A DNA stretch of 32,000 nucleotides from Fibrobacter succinogenes subsp. succinogenes S85 (GTDB taxonomy: Bacteria > Fibrobacterota > Fibrobacteria > Fibrobacterales > Fibrobacteraceae): positions 330,001-362,000 of the forward strand of contig NC_017448.1 in the NCBI RefSeq assembly GCF_000146505.1, written 5' to 3'. The position numbers and the translations under genes are program-made. The notes below the pieces were generated by a model. That model was not told the origin of the DNA, did no database searches, and saw nothing but the letters and a program-made list of their open reading frames with translations. Below, piece after piece: positions 1 through 8,545 of this stretch; the first letter of the stretch is position 1; every line of letters starts with the position of its first letter.

Positions 1-375
1 TTCAAACGCATTCGGGAGACCGCGGAAATCATTATGACGAGCAGGGTCAATGCTATCAACGCTGATGCCCATCGCCATGGCCCCCGCTTCCTTGAGCATG
101 AACGCCAAATCATGCGTAATAAGCGTTCCGTTCGTGCCAAACACCGGGCGGAGTCCACGTTCGCGGGCATGGGCCACAAGTTCCACGATATCCGGGCGCG
201 TCATCGGTTCGCCACCGCTGAAAATCATGATCTTGAATCCGGCCTTGGCAATCTCGTCGATGAGCTTGAGCGCTTCGTCAGTCGTAAGTTCTGCCGACTT
301 GTTTTCGCCAGCATCCTGGTAGCAGTGTTTGCACGTCAAGTTACACTTATTCGTTGTCATCCAAGAGACGATCAT
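1..375 (-). CDS. radical SAM protein, N-terminal part (AhbD/AhbC/NirJ-like candidate); 3' end runs off the window
   Basis: Hand translation of the minus strand from ATG 375-373 gives MIVSWMTTNKCNLTCKHCYQDAGENKSAELTTDEALKLIDEIAKAGFKIMIFSGGEPMTRPDIVELVAHARERGLRPVFGTNGTLI... It has the CX3CX2C radical-SAM motif and a GGEP SAM-binding motif. Track ORF 34..486 (+) is its antisense shadow. TTG 387-385 is an alternative start. Confidence 0.7.
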   Translation of the reverse strand, partial: MIVSWMTTNKCNLTCKHCYQDAGENKSAELTTDEALKLIDEIAKAGFKIMIFSGGEPMTRPDIVELVAHARERGLRPVFGTNGTLITHDLAFMLKEAGAMAMGISVDSIDPARHNDFRGLPNAFE

Positions 376-410
376 GCCATAGACCTCATTCAAAATGTTT
401 TTTACGCTTG

Positions 411-433
411 CAAATATAGAAAAAGCAAATATA
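411..433 (-). promoter_or_regulatory. two tandem TATATTTG (TAnnTTTG-type) boxes upstream of the radical SAM gene
   Basis: The minus strand reads ggaTATATTTGctttttcTATATTTGcaagcg. The + strand caaatata copies are at 426-433 and 411-418, which is 35 nt and 50 nt upstream of ATG 375. Confidence 0.3.
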
Positions 434-492
434 TCCTATTATACCCCTATATAATTACCGTTACTATCGCAAAAAAGCTATTTTAATTTCAT

Positions 493-1746
493 ATGATGAA
501 TAGAAGAAGAGTTGTTATTACTGGTATGGGTGCGGTGACCCCCGTAGGCAAGTCCGCCCCCGAACTTTGGAACGCCATTAAGGCAGGCAAGTGTGGCATC
601 GGCCCGATCACTTTGTTCGATGCTACGAACTGCCCAGTGAAAATTGCGGCAGAAGTCAAGGATTTTAAGCCCGAAGAACACGGAATCGACCCGAAGGAAG
701 CCCGCCGCATGGCCCGCTTCACGCAGTTCCTCGTCGCCGCCGCTAACGAAGCGGTCAAGGACGCAAGCTTAACGAAGGAAGAAATCGCCGCCGACACGAC
801 TGGTATTGTCGCTGGTAACGGCCTTGCTGGTATGGACGTTGTTGAAGAAACTTACAGCAAGTACCTCGAAGGTGGCCGCCGCCGCGTCTCGCCACTCGCC
901 ATGCCCGAACTGATTGCAAACGAAGCATGCGCCAACGTATCCATCGCTCTTGGCATCACAGGCTCTGCCTGGACAGTCTGCACCGCCTGTGCCTCCGGCA
1001 CAGACGCCATCGGCGTTGCCCTTGACGCCGTCCGCTCGGGCAGGCTTGACGTCTGCCTCGCCGGCGGTTCTGAAAGTGCTATCACGGACTACTCCATCAA
1101 GAGCTTCGCGGGCATGCATGCCCTCACCGACAAGTTCAACGACGCCCCCGAAAAGGCTTCCCGCCCGTTCGACAAGGACCGCAGCGGTTTTGTCATGGGT
1201 GAAGCAGGAGCCATTCTCGTGCTCGAAGAACTCGAACACGCCAAGGCCCGCGGTGCAAAAATTTACGCCGAAGTCGCCGGTTACGGTTCTTCTGCCGATG
1301 CTTACCACATTACAAGCCCGCGCCCGGGTGGAGAAACCTGCGCGAAGGCTATGGTCAAGGCATTGAAAGATGCGGGCATCGCCCCGACGGATGTAGACTA
1401 CTACAATGCCCACGGCACCTCGACGCACCTGAACGACCTCACCGAAACACAGATGCTTAAAATAGCACTCGGCGAACATGCCTATAAAATCAAGGTCTCT
1501 AGCACCAAGAGCATGACCGGCCACTGCGTCGGTGCAGCAGGCGTTATCGAAGCGATGATTAGCACGCTCGCCATCCGTGATTCGTTCTACCCCGCCACCA
1601 TCAACCTCGACAACCCGGACGCAGAATGCGACCTCGACTACGTGCCGCACAAGGGCGTTGAAGGGAACATCGATGTTGCAGTATCTGCATCGCTTGGCTT
1701 TGGCGGTCACAACGGCATCGTCGTCATCAAAAAGTTTAAAGATTAA
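493..1746 (+). CDS. fabF: beta-ketoacyl-ACP synthase II
   Basis: 417 aa ORF with an N-terminal RRVVITGMGAVTPVG motif. It has the active-site Cys context (CTACASGTDAIG), the HITSP and NAHGTSTHLND His motifs and C-terminal SLGFGGHNG. These are typical of KAS II. Confidence 0.95.
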   Translation: MMNRRRVVITGMGAVTPVGKSAPELWNAIKAGKCGIGPITLFDATNCPVKIAAEVKDFKPEEHGIDPKEARRMARFTQFLVAAANEAVKDASLTKEEIAADTTGIVAGNGLAGMDVVEETYSKYLEGGRRRVSPLAMPELIANEACANVSIALGITGSAWTVCTACASGTDAIGVALDAVRSGRLDVCLAGGSESAITDYSIKSFAGMHALTDKFNDAPEKASRPFDKDRSGFVMGEAGAILVLEELEHAKARGAKIYAEVAGYGSSADAYHITSPRPGGETCAKAMVKALKDAGIAPTDVDYYNAHGTSTHLNDLTETQMLKIALGEHAYKIKVSSTKSMTGHCVGAAGVIEAMISTLAIRDSFYPATINLDNPDAECDLDYVPHKGVEGNIDVAVSASLGFGGHNGIVVIKKFKD

Positions 1747-1760
1747 ACAAAGGAGCCGCT

Positions 1761-1892
1761 ATGTCTGATTGGCTTTTCAAATCCTGGGTTAAAGCAACCA
1801 TCTGCAGCGCAGTATTGTTCTTTTTCTACCACCTCTTCATTTCGCAGAAGTTGGAAGAAGAAGTTTCCACAAAATCTAAAGAACAAGAGTAG
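1761..1892 (+). CDS. small (43 aa) single-pass membrane protein, hypothetical
   Basis: Not in the track because it is under 60 aa. ATG 1761 is preceded by AAGGAG 7 nt upstream. Translation is MSDWLFKSWVKATICSAVLFFFYHLFISQKLEEEVSTKSKEQE, a hydrophobic helix with a charged tail. It is packed between fabF and the next ORF (TAG 1890-1892, next ATG 1896). Confidence 0.45.
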   Translation: MSDWLFKSWVKATICSAVLFFFYHLFISQKLEEEVSTKSKEQE

Positions 1893-1895
1893 CTT

Positions 1896-2666
1896 ATGGA
1901 ACAGAATAAAGATATCGCCGACATCCAAGCGGCCGAAGCGACCTTCCAAAAGAAGAAGAAGTTCATCCTTTGCTACCACAGCTTTAGCGTGAACAACTTC
2001 AAGAAGGCGTCCGTCCAGATCAGAAAGCTTGCAGAAGCAGCAGGCTCCCCCATCAGCATTGCGGTCATCCCCGCATTTGGCGCAGCCCCGGAATCCGAAG
2101 CCGAACAGTTCCGCGAAGAACTCGACAAGTTTGTCAAGGAAGGCTATGAGATTATGCTCCACGGCGCACGCCACCGCGCAGACCTCTCGCTGAACAGAAG
2201 TATTGCAGGCAAGCTCGCGCTCCTCGTTTCGAACAACGAAGCAGAATTTGCAGGTATTGACGAACGCTTCACGCAAGCACTCCTCAAGCGCAGTCTCGCA
2301 CTGTGGAAGGCTCACGGCAACGGCAAGCCCTCTGGCTTTATCCCGCCGATTTGGTTTGGCAACAAGTACCTCAAGGAACAGGCTCTCGAAATTTTCGACT
2401 ACTACGAAGATTTCCACGGCATTTACCAGAAGGTCAAAGGCAACATCAAGAAGACGAATTCCGCAACGCTTAGCTTCTCGATTTTGCCCACCCCGATTCT
2501 CGGTATCGCGCAGACTTACGCCTGCCTTCGTATGCTCTTGCCGGGTGGAGTCCACCGCCTGGTGTTCCACGACAAAGACTTCAGAACGATTGGCGAGAAA
2601 CGCATTTTGAACATGGTGCGCTACATTTCGACCTTGCGCGAAAAAATCATGTACAAGGACTTGTAA
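1896..2666 (+). CDS. conserved hypothetical protein, DUF2334 / polysaccharide-deacetylase-like
   Basis: 256 aa ORF in an operon-like position. The motifs ILCYHSFS, IAVIPAFG, EIMLHGARH and NEAEFAG resemble the DUF2334 deacetylase-like fold. The family assignment is from memory only. Confidence 0.5.
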   Translation: MEQNKDIADIQAAEATFQKKKKFILCYHSFSVNNFKKASVQIRKLAEAAGSPISIAVIPAFGAAPESEAEQFREELDKFVKEGYEIMLHGARHRADLSLNRSIAGKLALLVSNNEAEFAGIDERFTQALLKRSLALWKAHGNGKPSGFIPPIWFGNKYLKEQALEIFDYYEDFHGIYQKVKGNIKKTNSATLSFSILPTPILGIAQTYACLRMLLPGGVHRLVFHDKDFRTIGEKRILNMVRYISTLREKIMYKDL

Positions 2667-2684
2667 TTTCAGGACTTCGCACAG

Positions 2685-4412
2685 ATGATTTTAAATAAGT
2701 TTCTATCTAAAATTGATTACAAGTCTTATGAAGACTTGTATAAAAATTTCAAGATAACGATTCCGAACGATTTTAACTTCGCTTATGACGTTGTTGACGA
2801 ATATGCCAAGACGGAGCCGAAGCGTGAAGCCCTCGTGTGGTGTGACGACAACGACGAAAGCCACATTTACACGTTCAAGGACTTGTCGCTAGCCTCCCAG
2901 CGCACGGCGAATTTCCTTGTAGAACAAGGTATCCAGAAGGGCGACCGCGTGATGCTCATCTTGCGCCGCCGCTACGAATTCTGGTTTTTCTTGCTCGCTC
3001 TGCACCGCATTGGCGCAATCGCCATCCCGGCAACAAACATGCTCGCCGCCGAGGATTTGGAATACCGATTCAACGCCGCCGAAATCAAGATGGTCGTAAC
3101 ATACGACGATCCCGCCTTGCAAAAGGAAGTGGACAAGGCAAAGTCCAAGTGCGAATCGGTCGAAAAGCTCGTGACAGTCGGCCAGACTGCTCGCCAGAAC
3201 TGGATTAGCTTCTACGACGACTACGAACTTTTCCCCTCAACGTTTGAACGCCCCGTTGGCGATGCCGCTACGCATAACGACGACATCATGATCGTCTATT
3301 TCACGAGTGGCACGAGCTCAAATCCGAAGATGGTGGCACACACTTATACGTACCCGCTCGGACACATTGTAACCGCCAAGTACTGGCAGCACGTTGTGGA
3401 CGGAGGTCGCCATTTGACCGTTGCCGAAACAGGCTGGGCCAAGGCTCTCTGGGGCAAAATTTACGGGCAGTGGATTGCTGGAAGCGCCGTGTTCACTTAC
3501 GACATGACCACGTTCATCCCGGGCAAGCTCCTCGAGAAGATGGCGGAATACAAGGTGACGACGTTCTGCGCGCCGCCGACCGTGTACCGCTACATTTTGC
3601 AGCATGGCCTCAGCAAGTACGACCTTTCGAGTTTGCAGTACTGCACAACCGCTGGCGAAGCGTTGAACTTGGATATTTACAACAGGTTTTATGAGCAGAC
3701 GGGCATCCGCATGCAGGAAGGCTACGGACAGACCGAGCTTACACTTACCACGGGTAACTTTGGCTTTAGCGAACCGCATCCGGGTTCTATCGGCAAACCC
3801 TCTCCAGGCTACCAGATGGAAATCATCAATGCCGAAGGCAAGCCGTGCGAGGCTGAAGAAGTCGGTGAGCTTATCATCAAGATTGACCAGGGCAAGCCTT
3901 TTGGCATGTTCGGCGGTTACTATCGCAATGCAGAACGCACCGAGAAAGTCTTTGAAGGCGGAGTGTATCACACCGGCGATACGGCTTACCGCGACAAGGA
4001 CGGATTCTTCTGGTTCGTGGGCCGCACGGATGACTTGATCAAGAGCTCCGGTTACCGCATCAACCCCTTCGAAGTGGAAGAAGTGTTGCACAAGCACCCT
4101 GCCGTTTTGGAAGTCGCTGTAACAGGTGTCGAAGACAAGTCTCGCGGTCAAGCGGTCAAGGCAACAGTCGTTTTGCAGAAGGGCTACGAAGCCTCCAAGG
4201 AACTTGCGAAGGAAATCCAGCTCTTTGCAAAGAACATTGCCGCAAGTTACAAGAGCCCTCGCATCATTGACTTTGTGACGGAACTGCCAAAGACAATCAG
4301 CGGAAAGATTCGACGCGCAACCATCCGCGACAAGGATACGGCTGAGAATGTGACTGCGCCGGACGAAGCGAATGCGGAAAACGCCGCAAGCGAAACGTCT
4401 GAAGAAAAGTAA
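2685..4412 (+). CDS. AMP-forming acyl-CoA synthetase (medium/short-chain ACSM/MacS-like)
   Basis: 575 aa with the adenylate-forming motifs YFTSGTSSNPKMV, EGYGQTE, YHTGD and PKTISGKIRR. It has an acidic low-complexity C-terminal tail. Confidence 0.9.
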   Translation: MILNKFLSKIDYKSYEDLYKNFKITIPNDFNFAYDVVDEYAKTEPKREALVWCDDNDESHIYTFKDLSLASQRTANFLVEQGIQKGDRVMLILRRRYEFWFFLLALHRIGAIAIPATNMLAAEDLEYRFNAAEIKMVVTYDDPALQKEVDKAKSKCESVEKLVTVGQTARQNWISFYDDYELFPSTFERPVGDAATHNDDIMIVYFTSGTSSNPKMVAHTYTYPLGHIVTAKYWQHVVDGGRHLTVAETGWAKALWGKIYGQWIAGSAVFTYDMTTFIPGKLLEKMAEYKVTTFCAPPTVYRYILQHGLSKYDLSSLQYCTTAGEALNLDIYNRFYEQTGIRMQEGYGQTELTLTTGNFGFSEPHPGSIGKPSPGYQMEIINAEGKPCEAEEVGELIIKIDQGKPFGMFGGYYRNAERTEKVFEGGVYHTGDTAYRDKDGFFWFVGRTDDLIKSSGYRINPFEVEEVLHKHPAVLEVAVTGVEDKSRGQAVKATVVLQKGYEASKELAKEIQLFAKNIAASYKSPRIIDFVTELPKTISGKIRRATIRDKDTAENVTAPDEANAENAASETSEEK

Positions 4413-4414
4413 TG

Positions 4415-4444
4415 AAAAACGCACCCTTCGGGGTGCGTTTTTTG
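4415..4444. terminator. bidirectional rho-independent terminator between the acyl-CoA synthetase and hemL
   Basis: The sequence is aaaaACGCACCC ttcg GGGTGCGTtttttt. It is an 8-bp GC-rich stem with a tetraloop, an A-run on the left and a T-run on the right. Confidence 0.8.
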
Positions 4445-4509
4445 CGAGATGCGTAAGTTTTACAAGATGCGTGGACCGCTAGGGGAATGCGAAAAAAAAT
4501 GCGCCGCCG

Positions 4510-5796
4510 CTATAATTTTTTGAACACGCGCTTCGCGGCTTCAATGGTACGGTCGATTTCATCTTCGGTGTGAGCGGCGCTCACGAAGATGGCTTCGAAC
4601 TGGCTCGGCGCAAAGTAGAATCCTTCGTCGAGCATGCCGAGGAAATACTTGCGGAAAAGTTCCAAATCGGATTTTTGCACGTCGGCAAAACACGTGACCG
4701 GCCCTTCCGTAAAGAAGATGCAGCCCATAGAACCGACTTGGTTTGTCGCAAGCGGAATGCCCGCTTCGGTTGCAGCGGACTTGAGCCCAGCAATCAAGCG
4801 TTTCGTCATAGCTTCGGCATGCACGTAATGTTCTGGATGCGTTGAAAGTTCACGCATCGTTGCAAGTCCTGCCGCCATCGCGACCGGGTTTCCCGACAAG
4901 GTACCCGCCTGGTAAATTCCGCCGAGCGGGGCAATTTGCTGCATCACGTCCAAGCGACCGCCATAAGCGCCCACCGGCATGCCACCGCCGATAATCTTAC
5001 CAAACGTCGTGAGATCCGGCTTAATGGCATAAAGGCCTTGTGCGCAATGAATCCCGACACGGAAACCGGTCATGACTTCATCGACAATGAGCAAAGCGCC
5101 ATGTTTTTTAGTCTCTTCAGAAAGAGTCTGCAAGAACTCCGGCTTCGCAGGGACAACGCCCATGTTGCCAGCCACCGGTTCTACTATCACACAAGCAATT
5201 TCGTCACCAATCTTGTCGAAAAGTTCCTTAACGCCCGCCACATCGTTGTACTGGAGCGTGAGCGTGTACTTTGCCAAGTCCGCAGGCACACCCTTGCTGC
5301 TCGGCTTGCCCGTCGTGAGCATGCCCGAGCCCGCCTTGATAAGCAAGCTATCGCTATGACCATGGTAGCAGCCTTCGAACTTCACGATTTTATCGCGACC
5401 GGTAAAACCGCGAGCCGCACGGATGGCACTCATCGTAGCTTCGGTTCCGCTGTTCACCATGCGAATCATCTCGACGCTTGGCACAAGGCTCATCACAAAC
5501 TTCGCAAGTTCCGATTCAAGACCGCACGGGGCGCCAAAACTGAGGCCATTCTGAGCTGTATCGGCAACAGCCTTAATCACTGCATCGTGCGCATGCCCCA
5601 AAAGCATCGGGCCCCAGCTGCCCACGTAATCAATGTAATCGTTGCCATCCACATCGTAAATGTGGCTGCCCTTGGCACGCTTGATAAACGGAGGCGTCGC
5701 CCCCACATTGCTAAACGCACGCACAGGACTGTTCACGCCGCCCGGCATGAGCGTCTTTGCTTCTGCAAACAACTTTTCGCTCAAAGAGTGATTCAT
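4510..5796 (-). CDS. hemL: glutamate-1-semialdehyde 2,1-aminomutase
   Basis: The ORF matches class-III aminotransferase HemL ([40 protein letters not shown]). I place the start at ATG 5796 ([10 protein letters not shown]), which has AAGGAG upstream. The track's longer start at 5862 overlaps mscS. Confidence 0.93.
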   Translation of the reverse strand: MNHSLSEKLFAEAKTLMPGGVNSPVRAFSNVGATPPFIKRAKGSHIYDVDGNDYIDYVGSWGPMLLGHAHDAVIKAVADTAQNGLSFGAPCGLESELAKFVMSLVPSVEMIRMVNSGTEATMSAIRAARGFTGRDKIVKFEGCYHGHSDSLLIKAGSGMLTTGKPSSKGVPADLAKYTLTLQYNDVAGVKELFDKIGDEIACVIVEPVAGNMGVVPAKPEFLQTLSEETKKHGALLIVDEVMTGFRVGIHCAQGLYAIKPDLTTFGKIIGGGMPVGAYGGRLDVMQQIAPLGGIYQAGTLSGNPVAMAAGLATMRELSTHPEHYVHAEAMTKRLIAGLKSAATEAGIPLATNQVGSMGCIFFTEGPVTCFADVQKSDLELFRKYFLGMLDEGFYFAPSQFEAIFVSAAHTEDEIDRTIEAAKRVFKKL

Positions 5797-5800
5797 ATAA

Positions 5801-6610
5801 CTACTCCTTAACGATATGCACAACGCGCTGCGGGAACGGGATAGAAATACCGACTTCGTCAAAGCGTTCCTTCACAGCCTTCATGTACTTGCAACGCATA
5901 TCCCAGTAATTTGCGGTCTTGACCCAAATTCTCAAATTGACAGCCACCGAGCTATCTTCAAGCGCAGACACAAAGAATGAAGGTGCAGGACTTTTCAAAA
6001 CTTCAGGATCGTTATCGACGAGCTGTTTCATTTCGTTCATCGCCGTTTCAGCAGAATCCGCATAATCAATGCCAAAAGCCAAATCAAGGCGGCGGCTCGG
6101 ATTGCGGCTAAAGTTGACAATCGGAGCTCCCCACAACATGCTGTTCGGTGCAGAAACGTAAAGACCATCCAACGAGATAAGCGTCGTGTTGAAAAGCCCC
6201 ACGCCTACAATTTTCCCCTTCAAAGAACCACATTCGATATAATCCGAAGCGCGGAACGGATGGAGGAACAGCAAAAGGATTCCCGACGCAATGTTGCCAA
6301 GCGTATCCTTCAAAGCAAGGCCAATGGCAAGAGAAGCGGCACCGATTACAGTCACGATTCCTGCGGTGTTCACACCGAGAATATGCAGAATCATGAGCAA
6401 GCCGACAATGTACAGCGCATAAGAGAACAGCGAATAAAGTAGCGGTTTTACCGATTCATCAGCGCCCTTCTTAATGGCAAAACTAAGAATAAACTTTATA
6501 ATCGCCAAGATAATGGCGATAACGACAAGCACTGTCGCAATTTCAATGATGTCCTGAGCAATAGCATTCGTGACACCGAGATTTTTCAAGAAAGCTTCGT
6601 ATTCTTTCAT
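5801..6610 (-). CDS. mscS: small-conductance mechanosensitive channel (MscS family)
   Basis: 269 aa with N-terminal TM helices followed by [27 protein letters not shown]...[13 protein letters not shown], the MscS beta-domain signature. Confidence 0.88.
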   Translation of the reverse strand: MKEYEAFLKNLGVTNAIAQDIIEIATVLVVIAIILAIIKFILSFAIKKGADESVKPLLYSLFSYALYIVGLLMILHILGVNTAGIVTVIGAASLAIGLALKDTLGNIASGILLLFLHPFRASDYIECGSLKGKIVGVGLFNTTLISLDGLYVSAPNSMLWGAPIVNFSRNPSRRLDLAFGIDYADSAETAMNEMKQLVDNDPEVLKSPAPSFFVSALEDSSVAVNLRIWVKTANYWDMRCKYMKAVKERFDEVGISIPFPQRVVHIVKE

Positions 6611-6629
6611 TTTAGCATCCTTTTTTAAT

Positions 6630-6659
6630 TGTCATCCCGGACTCTGTTCCGGGATCGCC
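6630..6659 (-). repeat. REP-like hairpin+ATGAC element, copy 1, downstream of hemB
   Basis: The minus strand reads GGCGATCCCGGAacagagTCCGGGATGACA with a perfect 7-bp stem. It is similar to the copies at 10831-10860 and 24618-24646. Confidence 0.6.
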
Positions 6660-6677
6660 TTTTTACAAAATCTTATT

Positions 6678-7643
6678 TTACAGAATTTTATTTTCCAAAA
6701 TTTCCTTGGCGTGGTACGTAATGATGATATCAGCACCGGCGCGCTTGAACGCAATCATGTTTTCGCGGATAATCGACTTTTCATCAATCCAGCCCATTTT
6801 TGCAGCAGCCTTGACCATCGAATATTCACCACTTACGTTATACACAGCGACCGGCACATTGCTGATTTCAGCCGTCTGGCGAAGCACATCGAGGAATGCG
6901 AGGCCAGGCTTTACCATCACGATATCTGCACATTCTTCAAGATCGAGTTCCACTTCATGGAGCGCTTCGCGACCATTGCGCACGTCCATCTGGTAACTCT
7001 TGCGGTTGCCGAAATGCGGAGCGGAATCAGCGGCATCGCGGAACGGACCGTAATAAGCGCTAGCGAACTTTGCGCTATAACCCATAATCGGCGTATTTGT
7101 AAAGCCCGCATTGTCAAGAGCTTCGCGGAGAGCCGTGATGTGGCCATCCATCATGTCACTCGGAGCCACCATGTCGGCACCGGCAGCCACCTGCGAAACA
7201 GCGGTCTTTGCCAAAAGTTCAAGCGTTGGGTCATTATCCACATCACCATCCTTGATAATGCCGCAATGGCCATGGCTCATGTATTCGCAAAGGCACACGT
7301 CCGTAATCACGTACAAACTCGGGAACTTCGCCTTGATAGCACGCACAGCACGCTGCACAATGCCGTTTTTATCATAAGCCGAAGTCGCCATCTCGTCCTT
7401 GTGATTCGGGATGCCGAATAGCAAAATGGACTTGATGCCAAGCGCGACACAGCTTTCAAGTTCCTTCAAGATTTCATCAATCGAGAAACGGAACTGGTTC
7501 GGCATGGACGGGATTTCTTCTTTGACGCCCGTTCCTTCAACCACGAACATCGGGTAAACGAGGGCATCGGGATTTACAGCAGTTTCTGCAACCATGTTGC
7601 GGATAACTTCATTTCTACGTAAACGACGAGGACGAATAATCAT
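6678..7643 (-). CDS. hemB: porphobilinogen synthase (delta-aminolevulinate dehydratase), Zn-type
   Basis: 321 aa with RPRRLR, a Cys-rich metal site (DVCLCEYMSHGHCG), SPSDMMDG, the active-site Lys context (YSAKFASAYYGPFRDAA) and SYQMD. Confidence 0.95.
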   Translation of the reverse strand: MIIRPRRLRRNEVIRNMVAETAVNPDALVYPMFVVEGTGVKEEIPSMPNQFRFSIDEILKELESCVALGIKSILLFGIPNHKDEMATSAYDKNGIVQRAVRAIKAKFPSLYVITDVCLCEYMSHGHCGIIKDGDVDNDPTLELLAKTAVSQVAAGADMVAPSDMMDGHITALREALDNAGFTNTPIMGYSAKFASAYYGPFRDAADSAPHFGNRKSYQMDVRNGREALHEVELDLEECADIVMVKPGLAFLDVLRQTAEISNVPVAVYNVSGEYSMVKAAAKMGWIDEKSIIRENMIAFKRAGADIIITYHAKEILENKIL

Positions 7644-7648
7644 AATAA

Positions 7649-8545
7649 CTATTCCTTTTTGAAATCTTTTTCAATTTGCGCAAGGTCTTCGGCCCATTCG
7701 GTCTGGATTTTCTGCTTGAGCTTCTTGGCGAGCGAAGGAGCGCGGCCCTGCGTAGAGACGGTCACAGCAATGTTTTCGCCGAAGTCCATACGAGCAGGCA
7801 CAATAAAATCACCGTCGAGGTAATCGCAGGCGTTATTCACGAGGATGCGGCGAGCGCGAGCATCGTTAGAAACTTGAGCATTGACTGCGGGCTGGTCAGT
7901 ACAAATGAAGACCATGAAAACGCAACGCAAATCCAGAGGTTCGTACGGGCGCTGTTTTAATGTGATAGAAGACGGCTCGTCAGCCTTGAGCGTTTCAAAT
8001 TCAGGGTCGATTTGCGGAGCGACAACAGTAATATGAGCACCGGTCGGGATAAGCGTTTTCACCTTGCGCAGAGCAATGCGGCCACCGCCCACCACAAGCA
8101 CGTTACGTCCTTCAAGATTCAACTCGATGGAGAAGAGGTTTGATGTTTTAGACGAAAGACGAGAGACGAGAGACTCTGAAGGCTTTTTTTCGTCTAACTG
8201 CGCATTGCGAATACCGCACACAACCATGCTCGAGAATTCTTTCCAATCGCCAAGGCAAGGCAAAAGCGTAATCGGGATTTGCGGGAATTCTTCCTGCAAT
8301 TTTGCAACAACACGCGGCACGTCATTCTTTGTATGCTGACCGTTCAACAGCAAATACGGCAGAAGCGTCACCGATTCCACATCTTCGCGCAAAAGCGTAC
8401 GGAGGTCGTTTTCCAAATCCAACAAACTCGTACTTGCGACGCGCGTACCCGGCAAATCATGATGCAAGCGGTCAAGGATTTCTTCAAATCCTTTGTACGC
8501 CCCCGGCAAAATGCAATGGTGAGCGATGATAAGAATAGCTTTCAT
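7649..8545 (-). CDS. fusion of CbiX/SirB-type chelatase (N-terminal) with precorrin-2 dehydrogenase / sirohydrochlorin ferrochelatase SirC-CysG(N)-type (C-terminal)
   Basis: The N-terminal ~115 aa is CbiX-like (LLPYLLLNGQHTKNDVP). The C-terminal part is SirC/Met8-like (GRNVLVVGGGRIALRKVKTLIPTGAHITVVAP ... VNNACDYLDGDFIVPA ... VSTQGRAPSLAKKLK). The linker LDEKKPSESLVSRLSSK is encoded by the repeat at 8148-8197. The start overlaps the upstream stop (TAATG). Confidence 0.8.
   Translation of the reverse strand: MKAILIIAHHCILPGAYKGFEEILDRLHHDLPGTRVASTSLLDLENDLRTLLREDVESVTLLPYLLLNGQHTKNDVPRVVAKLQEEFPQIPITLLPCLGDWKEFSSMVVCGIRNAQLDEKKPSESLVSRLSSKTSNLFSIELNLEGRNVLVVGGGRIALRKVKTLIPTGAHITVVAPQIDPEFETLKADEPSSITLKQRPYEPLDLRCVFMVFICTDQPAVNAQVSNDARARRILVNNACDYLDGDFIVPARMDFGENIAVTVSTQGRAPSLAKKLKQKIQTEWAEDLAQIEKDFKKE
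8148..8197 (+). repeat. heptamer-tract element copy 1 with 10-bp terminal inverted repeats
   Basis: The sequence is TTA GACGAAA GACGAGA GACGAGA GAC tctgaaggcttt TTTCGTCTAA. TTAGACGAAA at 8148-8157 is the exact reverse complement of 8188-8197. Confidence 0.75.

Noticed and set aside
438-443. TATAAT hexamer on the minus strand upstream of the edge radical SAM gene
   Set aside because: It may be a sigma70-type -10 box, but no convincing -35 lies at 17 nt. The TAnnTTTG boxes nearby fit the rest of the window better, so it is not reported as a feature.
34-486. + strand ORF of 150 aa at the left edge
   Set aside because: It is antisense to a minus-strand reading frame with clear radical SAM motifs (CNLTCKHC, GGEP), and its own translation has no recognisable features.
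4445-4505. Four ATGCG pentamers (4449, 4467, 4487, 4499), including AGATGCGT twice, in the hemL/acyl-CoA synthetase convergent gap
   Set aside because: The motif is short, the spacing is irregular (18, 20 and 12 nt) and no partner motif was noticed elsewhere in the window. This is compatible with chance.
5797-5862. 22-codon N-terminal extension of hemL in the track
   Set aside because: It overlaps the mscS 3' end. ATG 5796 has an AAGGAG SD, and HemL homology starts there.
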